Source: Octopus vulgaris
Taxonomy: Eukaryota
Assembly: GCA_951406725.2 (NCBI GenBank)
Contig: OX597816.1
Location: 58,838,001-58,902,000, forward strand
Length of the DNA: 64,000 nucleotides
Direction: 5' to 3'
This document shows, in pieces, positions 53,701 through 63,200 of the stretch. The notes beneath the pieces were generated by a model. It was not told where the DNA came from, searched no databases, and saw only the letters and a program-made list of their open reading frames with translations. The translations under genes were made by a program, and so were the position numbers. How positions within the stretch are numbered: the first letter of the stretch is position 1; every line of letters starts with the position of its first letter.

Positions 53701-56700
53701 TCGACTGTGCCTTTCATCCTTTCGGGGTCGATAAATACAGTACCAGTTTCACAGTGGGGTCGATGTAATCGACTTATTCCCTTTGTCTGTCCTTGTTTGT
53801 CCCCTCTATGTTTAGCCCCCTGTGGGCAGTAAAGAAATATATAATGAACAACATTAATAACTCCCAACTAGAAGAGAGACAGACTGCTCTGAAATTACAG
53901 AAAGCTATCTATGTGACAACAAGCAGTCAGCCCAAAAATAAACAGAGTCACCTGTATAAATCTCTATGGCAACAGAGGTCCTTGGCTGTCTGCACTCTAA
54001 GTCATGTGTCAAACAATTTTTATAGGGGACCAGAAGCCAAATTCTAGAATGTTGGAGAAAACCTGATCATGCCACAGCTTCACACTGATTGGTTGACTAA
54101 TAGACCAATCATGTGAAACCATGGTGGTTTGCTCATGGTGTTTAACTGATTATCTAGTGGTTGGGGTTTTGAATCGCTGCTACTAATATCATAACACCAG
54201 GAATGTCTGAAGTATGGAAAAGGTTAACAGTTCTGCCATTCCATACAAGGCTTAGTGGCTAGGGTGTTGAACCCATGGAACTCATGACCCAAAGATTGTA
54301 GTTTCAATTCCTGGACCAGGCAATGCATTGTATTTTTGAGCAAAACACTACATTTCACAAAGTTCCAGTCCACTCAGCTGGCAAAAATGATTAAACCTAA
54401 AATGGACTGGCATCCCATCCAGGGGGAAATATATATTGCCATGGAAACCATCCCTGTGAGTCTATGTGACTCGATAAGGATTTTTTTTTTATCTAATTCA
54501 CCACCCTGGGTGCTTTTCTATTGACCCTGAAAGGATAAAAGCAAATCTGACCTAGGCAAGATTTGAACTCAGAGCTTAGAAAACCAAAACAAATACAGCA
54601 ATTTGTTTTGTCTTATGACCTGCGACTAATCTACACAAACAACATTTAATAACCAAGTTAATACATACCAAGGGACTTTCATCAGAAGCGGTACAATCAC
54701 ACTTTCAATAGAACGGTCTGGTGCTCCGGTCACAAGCCGTTTACATAAGCGTTGCCACAGAAAGCTTTCTTGAGCATTCTTCATCAGTTCAGGTAGGGTT
54801 CCATTCCACAATTCGTCTGAAAGATAATAAACTCCATGTCTTAAACATTATCTTCATCATTACTTTAACATCCATTTTCTATGCTGGCATGGGTTGGACG
54901 ATTTGGTAGGATGTGGCAAATAAACCAGAGCTCCACCAAGATCCAATGTCTGCTTTGGCATGGTTTCTGGAGCTTGATGCCCTTCCCGATACAAACCACT
55001 TTACAGAATGTATTGGGTACTTTTTTCATGGCACCAGCACCAGTGAGGTCACCAAATACTCACAAGACAAGAACCCTTCAAGTGAGCAGGATATAGTAGT
55101 GAAGGATGCGAAAATATGATAGAGAAACAGGAACAAGTGACTTGCTGAAGAGGTGAATGCATGGTTTCACCAGATGGAAAGAGAGAGGAGGAGAGTGTGA
55201 GAGTGCACCCTCACGGTACAAAGTGAATATGAGAGAGAGAGAGAATAGGGATAGAGAGGAAACAATAGGGTGGGTAGGTAAGTGTACAAGAGTCAAAAAG
55301 AATGTGACAGATGGATAAAGATGGAGACTGGGGTGGACACAATGAATATCAGCATCAAAGAAACAAGTTGACCTTTTTCATCTCCAACCACAATTTCAGG
55401 CCTTGTACCTATAGTAGAAAGGATTAATATTATTTTTATTATTATTACAATTCTGCTGCTCTTTATAGACCCCTTTTCTACACTGTCAGTCAAGTCCTTT
55501 CTCCTACCTCCCCCAACCCATAAGTATCATCGGTCACCCCATCCCCGACCCTACACATTTTCTACAGTTGTCACCTACTCTTCCCTTTTGGTTCACCTTC
55601 ACCCTACATCATCCTTCAGCATTTGTTCATCATTATATTAACCCTTCACTCATTCCCTTCATTCATTCACTCAATTTCTCATACATTCTTGCAACCTCTA
55701 AACACTTCTTGTTCTCCTTCCCCGCTACCCTTTTCCACTAGTTTTAATCTCTTTCCAACTCCACCCCAGCCCCATACAACCTTTCCTGTTCAACCCTAGT
55801 CCCTTCTCTCATGCTCTGGTGTAACCCTCAGTCAAAGAGGATCTTAATCTTTCAAGCTGCATAGCGACCTCACTAGTGCTGGTGCCCTGAAATAAGCACC
55901 CAGTACACATTGTAAAGTGGTTGGCATTAAGGAGGGCATCTAGCCATAGAAGCCATATTAAAGGCAACACAGGAATACAACACAATCTTCAGATTTATTA
56001 GACCCAGTCAAACCATGCAACCTCTAACAACATTGAAGAAAGAAGTTGAACAATGATAATGTTTATATACACTCTGTCTGGCCCCCGTGCCGGTGACACG
56101 TAAAAGCACCATCCGTTCGTGGCCGTTTGCCAGCCCTGTCTGGCCCCCATGTCGGTGACATGTAAAAGCACCATCTGTTCGTGGCCGTTTGCCAGCCCTG
56201 TCTGGCCCCCATGTCGGTGACATGTAAAAGCACCATCCATTCGTGGCCATTTGCCAGCCCTGTCTGGCCCCCATGTCGGTGACACGTAAAAGCACCATCC
56301 GTTTCGTGGCCGTTTGCCAGCTCTGTCTGGCCCCCGTGTTGGTGGCACGTAAAAGCACCATCTGTTCGTGTCCGTTGCCAGCCTCGCCTGGCCCCGTGCC
56401 GGTGACACATAAAAGCACCATCCGTTCGTGGCCGTTTGCCAGCTCTGTCTGGCACCTGTGCGGGTGGCACGTAAAAAGCACCCACTACACTCACGGAGTG
56501 GTTGGCGTTAGGAAGGGCATCCAGCCGTAGAAACACTGCCAGATCTGACTGGGCCTGATGAAGCCTTCCAGCTTCACAGACCCCAGTTGAACCGTCCAAC
56601 CCATGCTAGCATGGAGAACGGACGCTAAATGATGATGACGATGATGATGATGATCCTCATTGTTTAACGTCTGTTTTTCATCCTGGCATGGGTTGGACGG

Positions 56701-57678
56701 TTTGACTGAAAACAGGTTCCAATATGATTTGGCATGGTTTCTACAGCTGAATGCCCTTCCTAACACCAACAACTCCAAGATACATTTCCTATAATTTCAT
56801 TTTAAAGTTTCTATATACTTTTATAGTCTTTATACATCTTCAAGGTGTTGGGCTCATCGTTATAAAGTTATAGGTTCACTTCCTTGGTCAGGCAGCACTA
56901 TGTTCTTGAGCAAGACACTTCACTTCATATTATTCCAGTCTTCTCAGCTGAAAGTGAGTACCATCCTGAGTGGGAGGACTGAGGGAGTTTATCCCTGTTT
57001 GAAGGCACATGGCTTAGTGGTTAGGGTAATCAGCTCATGATCATAAGATCGTAAGTTCAATTCCCGGCAACAGGTTGTGTCCTTGAGCAAGACACTTTAT
57101 TTCTTGTTACTCCAGTCCACTCAGCTGACAAAAATGAGTTGTACCTGTATTTGAAAGGGGTCGGCCTTGTCACATTCTGTGTCACGCTGAATCTCCCTGA
57201 GAACTGCATTAAGGGTACACATGTCTGTGGAGTACTCAGCCACTTGCATGTTAATTTCATGTGTAGGCTGTTCTGTTCGGTCAACTGGAACCAGTGTCAC
57301 AATGGGGTGATGTTTAAACTCCTGTTTGGGATAACATAAGCACCAAAAGACAATCAGTAAAAGCAAGGTCCTAACCACCAAACCATACTCACTTGCAAAT
57401 TAGTTATACTTTTCCATAAGTTTATAACATTTCTGTACATTTTATACAAATTTTTATATAATTCCTATATTTGTATTTTCTCCTGCAAGTTACTTGGTGA
57501 CCTCAATACAGCAGGTACCGTGAAAAAGGTACCCAATACACACTGTAAAGTGGTTGGCATTAAGAAGGACATCAAGCCATAGAAATCATGCCAAAGTGAA
57601 CATCAGAGCTTGATACAGTCCAGTGGATTGTCAGATCTTGTCAACCTATCCAACTCATGCCAGCAAGGAAAATGCTAA

Positions 57679-57713
<35 letters not shown>

Positions 57714-60700
57714 AATGTATATTTTCCGATCATTTTTAAACAGTTTCTATTATTTTTTACTACATTTGTCTACAATTTGGTCATCATACTCTTTTACTTG
57801 TTTCAGTCATTTGACTGCGGCCATGCTGGAGCACCGCCTTTAATCAAGCAACTCGACCCCGGGACTTATTCTTTTGTAAGCCCAGTACTTATTCTATCGG
57901 TCTCTTTTGCCAAACTGCTAAGTAACGGGGACATAAACACACCAGCATCGGTTGTCAAGCAATGCTAGGGGGACAAACACACACACACATATATATATAT
58001 ATACATATATACGACGGGCTTCTTTCAGTTTCCGTCTACCAAATCCACTCACAAGGCTTTGGTAGGCCCGAGGCTATAGTAGAAGACACTTGCCCAAGGT
58101 GCCACGCAGTGGAACTGAACCCGGAACCATGTGGTTGGTAAACAAGCTACTTACCACACAGCCACTCCTGTGCCTATAAAGCCACTCCTGCGCCTATCAT
58201 TCTTGAAGTTTCTTTTGTTGGAATCCCAGTTCTTCCTTGAGATCAAGGACTCTCCATTCCATAGGACATAACTTATTTTTTGTAGCTGCATAAATAAATA
58301 AATAAATTAATTAATTAATTAATTAATAAGTAATGATATTTACCTGAGTAACCCGAAGAACAAAGGGAAGCAAATAAATGGCAGAGAAACATAAGAGAAC
58401 AATCTTCACTGTTACTAACTGTTTGATGAGCTTTGTGTAGGACTTGGAGCATATCTTGGCACAGCAGTTTGGTGAAAGACGTTGGATAAAAATGCAAACT
58501 GCAAAAGAAGGTAAAAGGAAAGAATTGGTAATATAGAATATAAACAATGGGGACGAATTCTTCCAAAGATAACAAAATTCCAAGATCTACAAGACATATT
58601 TTACTTAATCAAAAACATACAGATAATATCCTCATCCACATCATTTAGCATCCATTTACCTATTTCTTTATTACCCACAAGGGGCTAAACACAGAGGGGA
58701 CAAACAAGGACAGACATAGGTATTAAGTCGATTACATCGATCCCAGTGCATAACTGGTACTTAATTTATCAACCCCGAAAGGATGAAAGGCAAAGTCGAC
58801 CTTGGCGGAATTTGAACTCACAACGTAACGCAGACGAAATACCGCTAAGCATTTCGCCCGGCGTGCTAACGTTTCTGCCAGCACACCGCCTTAGCATCCA
58901 TTTACCATGCTGGCAGGGGTTGGATGGTTTGACAGGAACTGGCAAGGCCAGGGGCCACACCAGGTTCCACAGTCTGTTTTGGCAAGGTTTCTACAGCTGG
59001 ATGCACTTCCTTATGCCAACCACTTTACAGAATGTACCGGGTGCTTCTTATGTGACACTGACACCAGTGCTTTTTTATGTGGCACCATTAAGTGTTTTTA
59101 TATGGTACCGGCACTGGTACTTTTCATGTGGCACTAACACCGACAGGATGACAAAGTATTTTGCAAGATAAGAACCCCCAATTTCCATTTGGTTTATACC
59201 AAGGGGTCAACAAATTTCCTTATATCATTGACTCCCTTCCTGGAATCATTCACAACTTACTGATCTCCATAGTGTAAATTTTTAAGATAAAATCAAAATC
59301 TATGATTAATAAAAAAAAATCTTGATTTCAAAATAATAATTGCTTCTGTCCTTTGTTTCATTACCATTTCATCATCATCATCGTTTAACATCTGTTTTCC
59401 ATGCTGGCATGGGTTGGACGATTTGACTGAGGTCTGGAGAGCCAGCAGCTGCACCAGGCTCCAATCTGATCTGGCAATGTTCCTACAGCTGGATGCCCTT
59501 CCTAATGCCAACCACTGACATTACACATCCAGCGGATCATGCTAGCTTCATTTCTTTCAAGTCTACGCATGTCCTCTGCAGTGTCTATTGTCCCTGTGCA
59601 TCTGCCGCACAAGAAAGCTATCTTTTCAGTTAATTTCCCTTTGATGTTGCTGCACCTCTTATGCGTTCATAGCTTACACTGGGTGCATCTTATGGAGTTT
59701 CTACCTACACCTTTCCTACAGATCGAGCAGGGCCACCTGCCCAAGGGTGTGTGTACTGAGTTCGCCTTTCTGCTTACTATAACTTTGGTCTTTGCTACAT
59801 TTACTCTAAGACCCTTTGATTCTAACCCTTGCTTCCACACCCGAAATTTCTTTTCTAGTTCCGGTAGTGATTCTGCTATGAGAGCCAGGTCATCAGCATA
59901 GAGGAGCTCCCAGGGGCATCCTGTTTTGAATTCCTCTGTTATTGCCTGGAGGACTATGATGAATAAAAGGGGACTGAGGGCTGAGCCTTGGTGTACACCT
60001 ACTTCTACCCGGAATTCTTCACTACATTCATTGCCAATCCTAACTTTGCTGACAGCCTCTCTGTATAGAGCCTGTACAGCCCTTATTAGCCATTCGTCAA
60101 TCTCCAGTTTCCGCATTGACCACCAGATAAGGGATCGGGGAACCCTGTCAAAGGCTTTCTCCAAGTCCACAAAAGCTATGTAGAAGGGTTTATCTTTAGC
60201 TAGGTACCTCTCCTGCAGTTGTCGGACCAGGAATATAGCATCAGTGGTGCTTCTACTCGGCACAAAACCGAACTGCATCTCATCTAAGCAAATTCTCTCC
60301 CTAATGAGATGGGTTATGACCCTCTCTGTGACCTTCATCACCTCATCCAACAGTTTAATACCCCTGTAGTTATTTCTATCTAGAGCATCACCCTTACCCT
60401 TGTAGCAGTTGACTATGGTGCTGCTACGCCAGTCATTGGGTATGACTCCATTGTGAACCACCTGGTTTACAATGCGAGTGACTAGGCCACAGCACACATA
60501 GCCAGCTGTTTTAAGCATCCCAGCAGTGATTCCTGATGAGCCGGGGGTTTTACCTGTTTTCATATCCTTAATTGCCTTAACTACAAGGGAGCTGTCTATT
60601 CGGATAGCTGGTCCCTCTACTGGGTCAACATTTGGCAGGCTCTCCTCCTCCCATTCATTCTCCTCATTCAGCAGTCTTTCATAATGGCTTCTCCAAGCCT

Positions 60701-62507
60701 CTTTCTTTTCACCAACATTAAAAGCAAGTGCCCCATCATCCATGCGGACACATTTCTCTCCTGTAACATCACTATTTTCTCTCACACACTGTCTGGCAAT
60801 CCGAAATACCTCATCTCTTTGGTCCTCACGTCACAGGACATTGTCAAACTTCTTCTTTTCTGCTACATCTTTGGCTATGTATACCTGCCACCCAGCCTCC
60901 CTTTTGGCTACCTGGTACAGTTCCCTGCTGCCCCCGCCCTCCAGGCTTTCTAGGCCTGTCTCTTTGCACTAATGGCAGTGCAAAGAGACAGGCCTGGAAA
61001 ACCTGGAGGGATGGGGGCAGCAGGAAACTGTACCAGGTAGCCAAAAGGGAGGCTGGGCAGCAGGTATACATAGCCAAAGATGTAGCAGAAAAGAAGAAGT
61101 TTGCCAATGTCCTGCGACGTGAGGACCAAAGAGCTGAGGTATTTCGGATTGCCAGACAGTGTGTGAGAGAAAATAGTGATGTTACAGGAGAGAAATGTGT
61201 CCGCATGAAGGGTTAAAGTGATTGAAACTGTAACTATAAAAATTTCATGTTAATTTATGTTCTAAACACCAGTTCCAAAATAATAATTCTTCATTATTTT
61301 TTAAATTAATTGATACAAAGATGGTGTATTTCAGCAAAAATATGGTATCATCATCATCATCATCGTTTAACATCTGTTTTCCATGCTCGCATGGGTTGGA
61401 CGGTTCGACTGGGGTCTGGGAAGCCAGGAGGTTGCACCAGACCCCAATCTGATCTGGCAGTGTTTCTACAGCTGGATGCCCTTCCTAACGCCAACCACTC
61501 CGAGAGTGTAGTGGGTGGTTTTTACATGCCACAAACACAGGGGACAGAGGGGGCTGGCAATGACCATGATTGGTTAGTGCTTTTTACGTGCCACCGGTAC
61601 GGAAGTCAGTTAAGGTGTCACTGGCATCAGCCACATTTGGATGGTGCTTTGTACGTGCCACTGGCACGGGGATCACAACTACAATTTCCATTTGATTTTG
61701 ATGTACCTGACTGAAGAGGTCACCTCAAGCACGGCATGTCGCCCTAAGATCCAAAGTACTTTTGAGTGAGCTGGTTATGTGACACTGGTGTAGTTTACAG
61801 CTGTGAACTCACTTCATTTGCCAGGTCTTCTCAGTCACAGCATACCTCCAGAGTTGTCAGTCTTTTGTCATTGCCTCTGTGAGGCCCAGCGTTTGAAGGT
61901 CATGCTTCACCACCTCATCCCATGTCTTCCTGGGTCTCCCTCTACCTTGGATTCCTCCCACTGTTTGGGAGTGGCACTTCTTCACACAGCTCTCCTCATC
62001 CATCCGTAGTACAGCACCAAACCAATGCAAACGTCTCTCTTGCACGCCACATCCAATGGTTAAAGTGATCTTGGGAGAAATTCAAGTAAACTTTTGCGGT
62101 AACATCAGATTCACTTTGAAGGAATGGTTTACCTTAAGAACAAGTGGTTTCTGATAGGTTTTGGTCAAATTTGTTCAAAACCAAAAGCCATAGAGATAAA
62201 AAACATAAATTTCATCTTCAAATGAAATGAGAGCAAGAGTAAAAATTTACCAAAATTAAAACTTTAGTACAAAAAAAAAAATGCAATGAGGTACATAAGG
62301 AATTTTTACCTGTTTTGATCTTTCAATTTATTAGCAGTTCTTGAAGGCAATGAGATAATGGCATTAACTAATTCTTGATTGACACTGTCATTCTGTGGAA
62401 ATGAACCCTTTTCTACAACACACTCAGCCCACATGACATCCAATAAACAGTGCTGAGTGACAAAGTTCTCCAATAATAATACACAACGGTTAAGTTTGTA
62501 GCCGGCA
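19621..62507 (-). CDS. TELO2: TELO2/Tel2 (TTT complex subunit), multi-exon, 5'-incomplete in window
   Basis: 18 exons joined in frame give motifs I recognise from metazoan TEL2: [109 protein letters not shown]. All introns GT-AG with matching phases. Confidence 0.95.
21250..21933 (-). mobile_element. Degenerate family A element interrupted by a SINE
   Basis: tRNA-like piece 21880-21933, decayed hammerhead about 21272-21317, SINE at 21433-21875 flanked by near-duplicated ttattttt(t)caaNtccct. Confidence 0.5.
22078..22193 (-). CDS. TELO2: TELO2 exon ([18 protein letters not shown]...RQWLQ)
   Basis: attgcag acceptor, G|gtcagt donor, 116 nt. Confidence 0.92.
22322..22553 (+). mobile_element. 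Meta-type SINE with TSD
   Basis: 15-bp TSD ggtatcactgaaaag. Confidence 0.85.
23389..23453 (-). CDS. TELO2: TELO2 exon ([21 protein letters not shown])
   Basis: atttcag acceptor, AG|gtaaat donor, 65 nt. Confidence 0.92.
24343..24750 (+). mobile_element. CORE-type tRNA SINE; copies 28623-29245 (tandem partial duplication), 36480-36797(-), 39775-40160(-), 57790-58196(-)
   Basis: tRNA head plus cttgggcaagtgtctt core, internal (TA/TG) tract. Confidence 0.75.
25237..25336 (-). CDS. TELO2: TELO2 exon ([23 protein letters not shown]...VNTM)
   Basis: ttccag acceptor, ATG|gtaatt donor, 100 nt. Confidence 0.93.
27888..27933 (-). ncRNA. Hammerhead family A, inverted copy on TELO2 sense strand (stem III mismatch)
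   Basis: gacac CUGAUGA aggcug...cagcu GAAAC AUU guguu. Confidence 0.55.
28076..28121 (+). ncRNA. Minimal type I hammerhead ribozyme motif (family A), intact core
   Basis: gacac-CUGAUGA-a-ggcug(10 nt loop)cagcc-GAAAC-GUU-guguu; stem I gacac/guguu, stem II 5 bp, palindromic AACGUU stem III. Confidence 0.75.
28243..28508 (-). CDS. TELO2: TELO2 exon ([10 protein letters not shown]...[16 protein letters not shown]...[13 protein letters not shown])
   Basis: ttttag acceptor, AG|gtgagt donor, 266 nt. Confidence 0.93.
29261..29332 (-). CDS. TELO2: TELO2 exon ([24 protein letters not shown])
   Basis: cttgcag acceptor, GAG|gtgaag donor, 72 nt. Confidence 0.93.
29886..30170 (-). mobile_element. Decayed RTE (BovB-like) 3' end
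   Basis: FAGH...[15 protein letters not shown] pattern. Confidence 0.5.
31273..31389 (-). CDS. TELO2: TELO2 exon ([12 protein letters not shown]...[13 protein letters not shown])
   Basis: tttacag acceptor, GAG|gtaagt donor, 117 nt. Confidence 0.93.
31899..32292 (-). mobile_element. Non-autonomous Helitron
   Basis: 5' A|TC start, 3' hairpin cccgagcaacgccggg then CTAG|T, no TSD. Confidence 0.75.
32592..32642 (+). ncRNA. Hammerhead-like motif (family B) with G3-C8 core GUGAACA
   Basis: uuuguca-GUGAACA-g-gucgc..gcga(c/g)-GAAA-auauuu-ug(a/g)caaa; inverted arm at 32541-32580 supplies the fully pairing alleles. Confidence 0.5.
33140..34499 (+). mobile_element. Non-autonomous Helitron with captured piggyBac fragment and ~116-bp tandem array; inverted 5' partial copy at 34940-35209
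   Basis: A|TCTCTTATTATAAAA start, cccgagcaacgccggg hairpin, CTAG|T end. Confidence 0.8.
33744..34222 (+). repeat. ~116-bp tandem repeat, about 4 copies
   Basis: cagaaagttacccagaataacaaattc recurs at 33744, 33860, 33976 and ~34199. Confidence 0.9.
35241..35364 (-). ncRNA. Type I hammerhead motif (family C) with ~95-nt stem II, TELO2 sense strand
   Basis: aucu-CUGAUGA-agccuagag...cucuuggcu-GAAAC-agcu-GUA-agau; stem II also contains aaguaccuca/ugagguauuu. Confidence 0.65.
37389..37480 (-). CDS. TELO2: TELO2 exon ([21 protein letters not shown]...LTE)
   Basis: ttttaaag acceptor, |gtaagt donor, 92 nt. Confidence 0.9.
39341..39662 (+). repeat. 21-bp minisatellite (ctactccctgaggcagggatg)n
   Basis: About 15 degenerate copies visible. 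Confidence 0.9.
40350..40645 (+). mobile_element. Family A element inserted at a TELO2 donor site
   Basis: 15-bp TSD ataattgcttacctt (40335-40349, 40646-40660); hammerhead core 40525-40567 lacking the GUU triplet; same 3' end as the 27842 copy. Confidence 0.7.
40658..40746 (-). CDS. TELO2: TELO2 exon ([13 protein letters not shown]...PKYLRDCME), completing the DSDD CK2/PIH1D1-binding motif
   Basis: ttggcag acceptor, G|gtaagc donor, 89 nt. Confidence 0.93.
41964..42279. mobile_element. hAT-type MITE
   Basis: TIRs cagtggcagactg / cagtccgccactg; 8-bp TSD (t/c)tgctaat. Confidence 0.7.
42503..42616 (-). CDS. TELO2: TELO2 exon (acidic linker VAEKISEV...QESDLD)
   Basis: aatttag acceptor, AG|gtctgt donor, 114 nt, phase 2-2. 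Confidence 0.8.
44075..44136 (-). CDS. TELO2: TELO2 exon ([20 protein letters not shown]); donor uncertain (44075 phase 2 or 44041 phase 0)
   Basis: ctcacag acceptor; AA|gtacag gives the phase needed by the next exon; GAT|gtattt is the alternative. Confidence 0.65.
44411..45113 (-). mobile_element. Family A element with tRNA-like head, inverted arm and nested SINE
   Basis: 3' end at cagttctatattt; hammerheads at about 44490-44532 (-) and 45036-45081 (+); tRNA-like segment 44600-44661. Confidence 0.65.
45855..45991 (-). CDS. TELO2: TELO2 exon ([16 protein letters not shown]...RLGMVVTE...LKFG)
   Basis: tttgtag acceptor, |gtaagt donor, 137 nt, phase 1-0. Confidence 0.92.
46135..46597. mobile_element. 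Two adjacent piggyBac MITEs (46135-46344, 46376-46597)
   Basis: TTAA|CCCTTTCATTAC ... GTAACRAAAGGG|TTAA for each. Confidence 0.85.
48298..48439 (-). CDS. TELO2: TELO2 exon ([18 protein letters not shown]...DQSLRK)
   Basis: ctttcag acceptor, G|gtgggt donor, 142 nt; conserved W-G-x-x-SAIRHT. Confidence 0.92.
49919..49987 (-). CDS. TELO2: TELO2 exon ([23 protein letters not shown])
   Basis: tttgcag acceptor, CAG|gtaaat donor, 69 nt; matches 'LQSLLGHLA..RRPLLLQ'. Confidence 0.92.
50536..50638 (-). CDS. TELO2: TELO2 exon ([34 protein letters not shown])
   Basis: tttggcag acceptor, |gtaagg donor, 103 nt, phase 2-0; absent from ORF track, translated by hand. Confidence 0.9.
51215..52296 (-). mobile_element. 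Internally deleted piggyBac element with transposase N-terminus (ORF 51505-52017)
   Basis: TTAA TSDs, TIR CCCTTTCGTTAC/GTAACGAAAGGG; acidic N-terminus, then [33 protein letters not shown] typical of PGBD transposases. Confidence 0.9.
53609..53839 (+). mobile_element. Meta-type SINE with TSD
   Basis: 18-bp TSD tataatgaacaacattaa. Confidence 0.85.
54669..54816 (-). CDS. TELO2: TELO2 exon ([11 protein letters not shown]...[18 protein letters not shown])
   Basis: ctttcag acceptor, TG|gtatgt donor, 148 nt, phase 1-2; matches TEL2 'VPDRAMEAVL'. Confidence 0.9.
56075..56655 (+). mobile_element. RTE 3'-end element with 62-bp internal tandem array; family also 15023-15420(-), 18055-18325, 22690-23190(-), 25880-26740, 27090-27285, 36915-37320, 37690-38060, 45115-45472, 52380-52876, 52990-53490(-)
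   Basis: ggagtggttggcgttaggaagggcatccagctgtagaaa...ggacgttaaa(gat)n; contiguous with an RTE ORF at 18495 and 61345-62060. Confidence 0.8.
58344..58498 (-). CDS. TELO2: TELO2 exon ([12 protein letters not shown]...SLCSSGYS)
   Basis: ttttgcag acceptor, G|gtaaat donor, 155 nt, phase 2-1. Confidence 0.85.
58661..58890 (-). mobile_element. Meta-type SINE with TSD, inserted into an RTE tail
   Basis: 16-bp TSD ttagcatccatttacc. Confidence 0.85.
59368..61207 (-). mobile_element. RTE LINE fragment with 372-aa RT ORF (59667-60785), internal deletions, 3' tail and 5' fold-back
   Basis: [50 protein letters not shown] motifs. Confidence 0.95.
61345..62060 (-). mobile_element. RTE LINE 3' fragment
   Basis: [30 protein letters not shown] followed by 3' UTR and (GAT)n. 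Confidence 0.9.
62310..62507 (-). CDS. TELO2: TELO2 exon ([15 protein letters not shown]...[16 protein letters not shown])
   Basis: ttttccag acceptor, AG|gtaaaa donor, 198 nt, phase 2-2; resembles TEL2 'ALPDHLGNRL' segment. Confidence 0.85.
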
Positions 62508-62889
62508 CTGGAAAATAAAAGACAAACATTCATTTTTTTTGTTTTAACTACAACAATGGCCCATTTCTTTTAATCTAGTAAAATTGTGGACCACCTCAAA
62601 ACAACTGCCTCTTGCCCTTTTCATTATAATTTCACACCCCCACCTGCCCCAACCCCTATTAAATTCTTGAGCCCCACTACAGCAATACTCCCTTGGAACT
62701 TCCTCTCTGCTGACAGAAGAATCAGATGAAATTTACATTTGGCAGAGTGAAGGGTACATCATCATCATCATTGTTTAATGTCCACCTTCCATGCTGGGAT
62801 GGGTAGGACGGCTTGACAGGGGCCAGCCAGGCAGAACCCTGCACCAGACTTCTGTGACTGTTTTAGCAGGATTTTTACAGCTGGATGCC

Positions 62890-63200
62890 CTATCATCGTC
62901 ATCTCATCACCCAGTGTTTTAAATCCAGATTTTGTCCCCATTAACAGGGGTGGCTAGATCTACCTCAATGCCATAGCAATTGCCCTCACACCATCTTGCC
63001 CAGTTTTGGGTGTTCTCCTTCTCGAGTCAACCCTCCCAATCTCCTTCTCCACTTTTTCCTCGGTCTACCTCACTTTCTCGATCCATTCACCTTAAACTCA
63101 AGCACCCTCCTCACAACATGCTCCTCATCCCTCCTCAACACATGCCCATACCACCACACTCCATTCACCGATTCCTCCAACCCTAGCATCCCTAGAAGCA
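62890..63200 (-). mobile_element. Second RTE family 3' end; related tail at 39035-39240
   Basis: WYGHVLRRDEEHVVRRVL..GRPRKKW pattern with tail ggatttaaaacactgg. Confidence 0.65.

Noticed and set aside
55998-56599. Overlapping 136-178 aa ORFs
   Set aside because: Products of the 62-bp tandem array in a retroelement 3' UTR.
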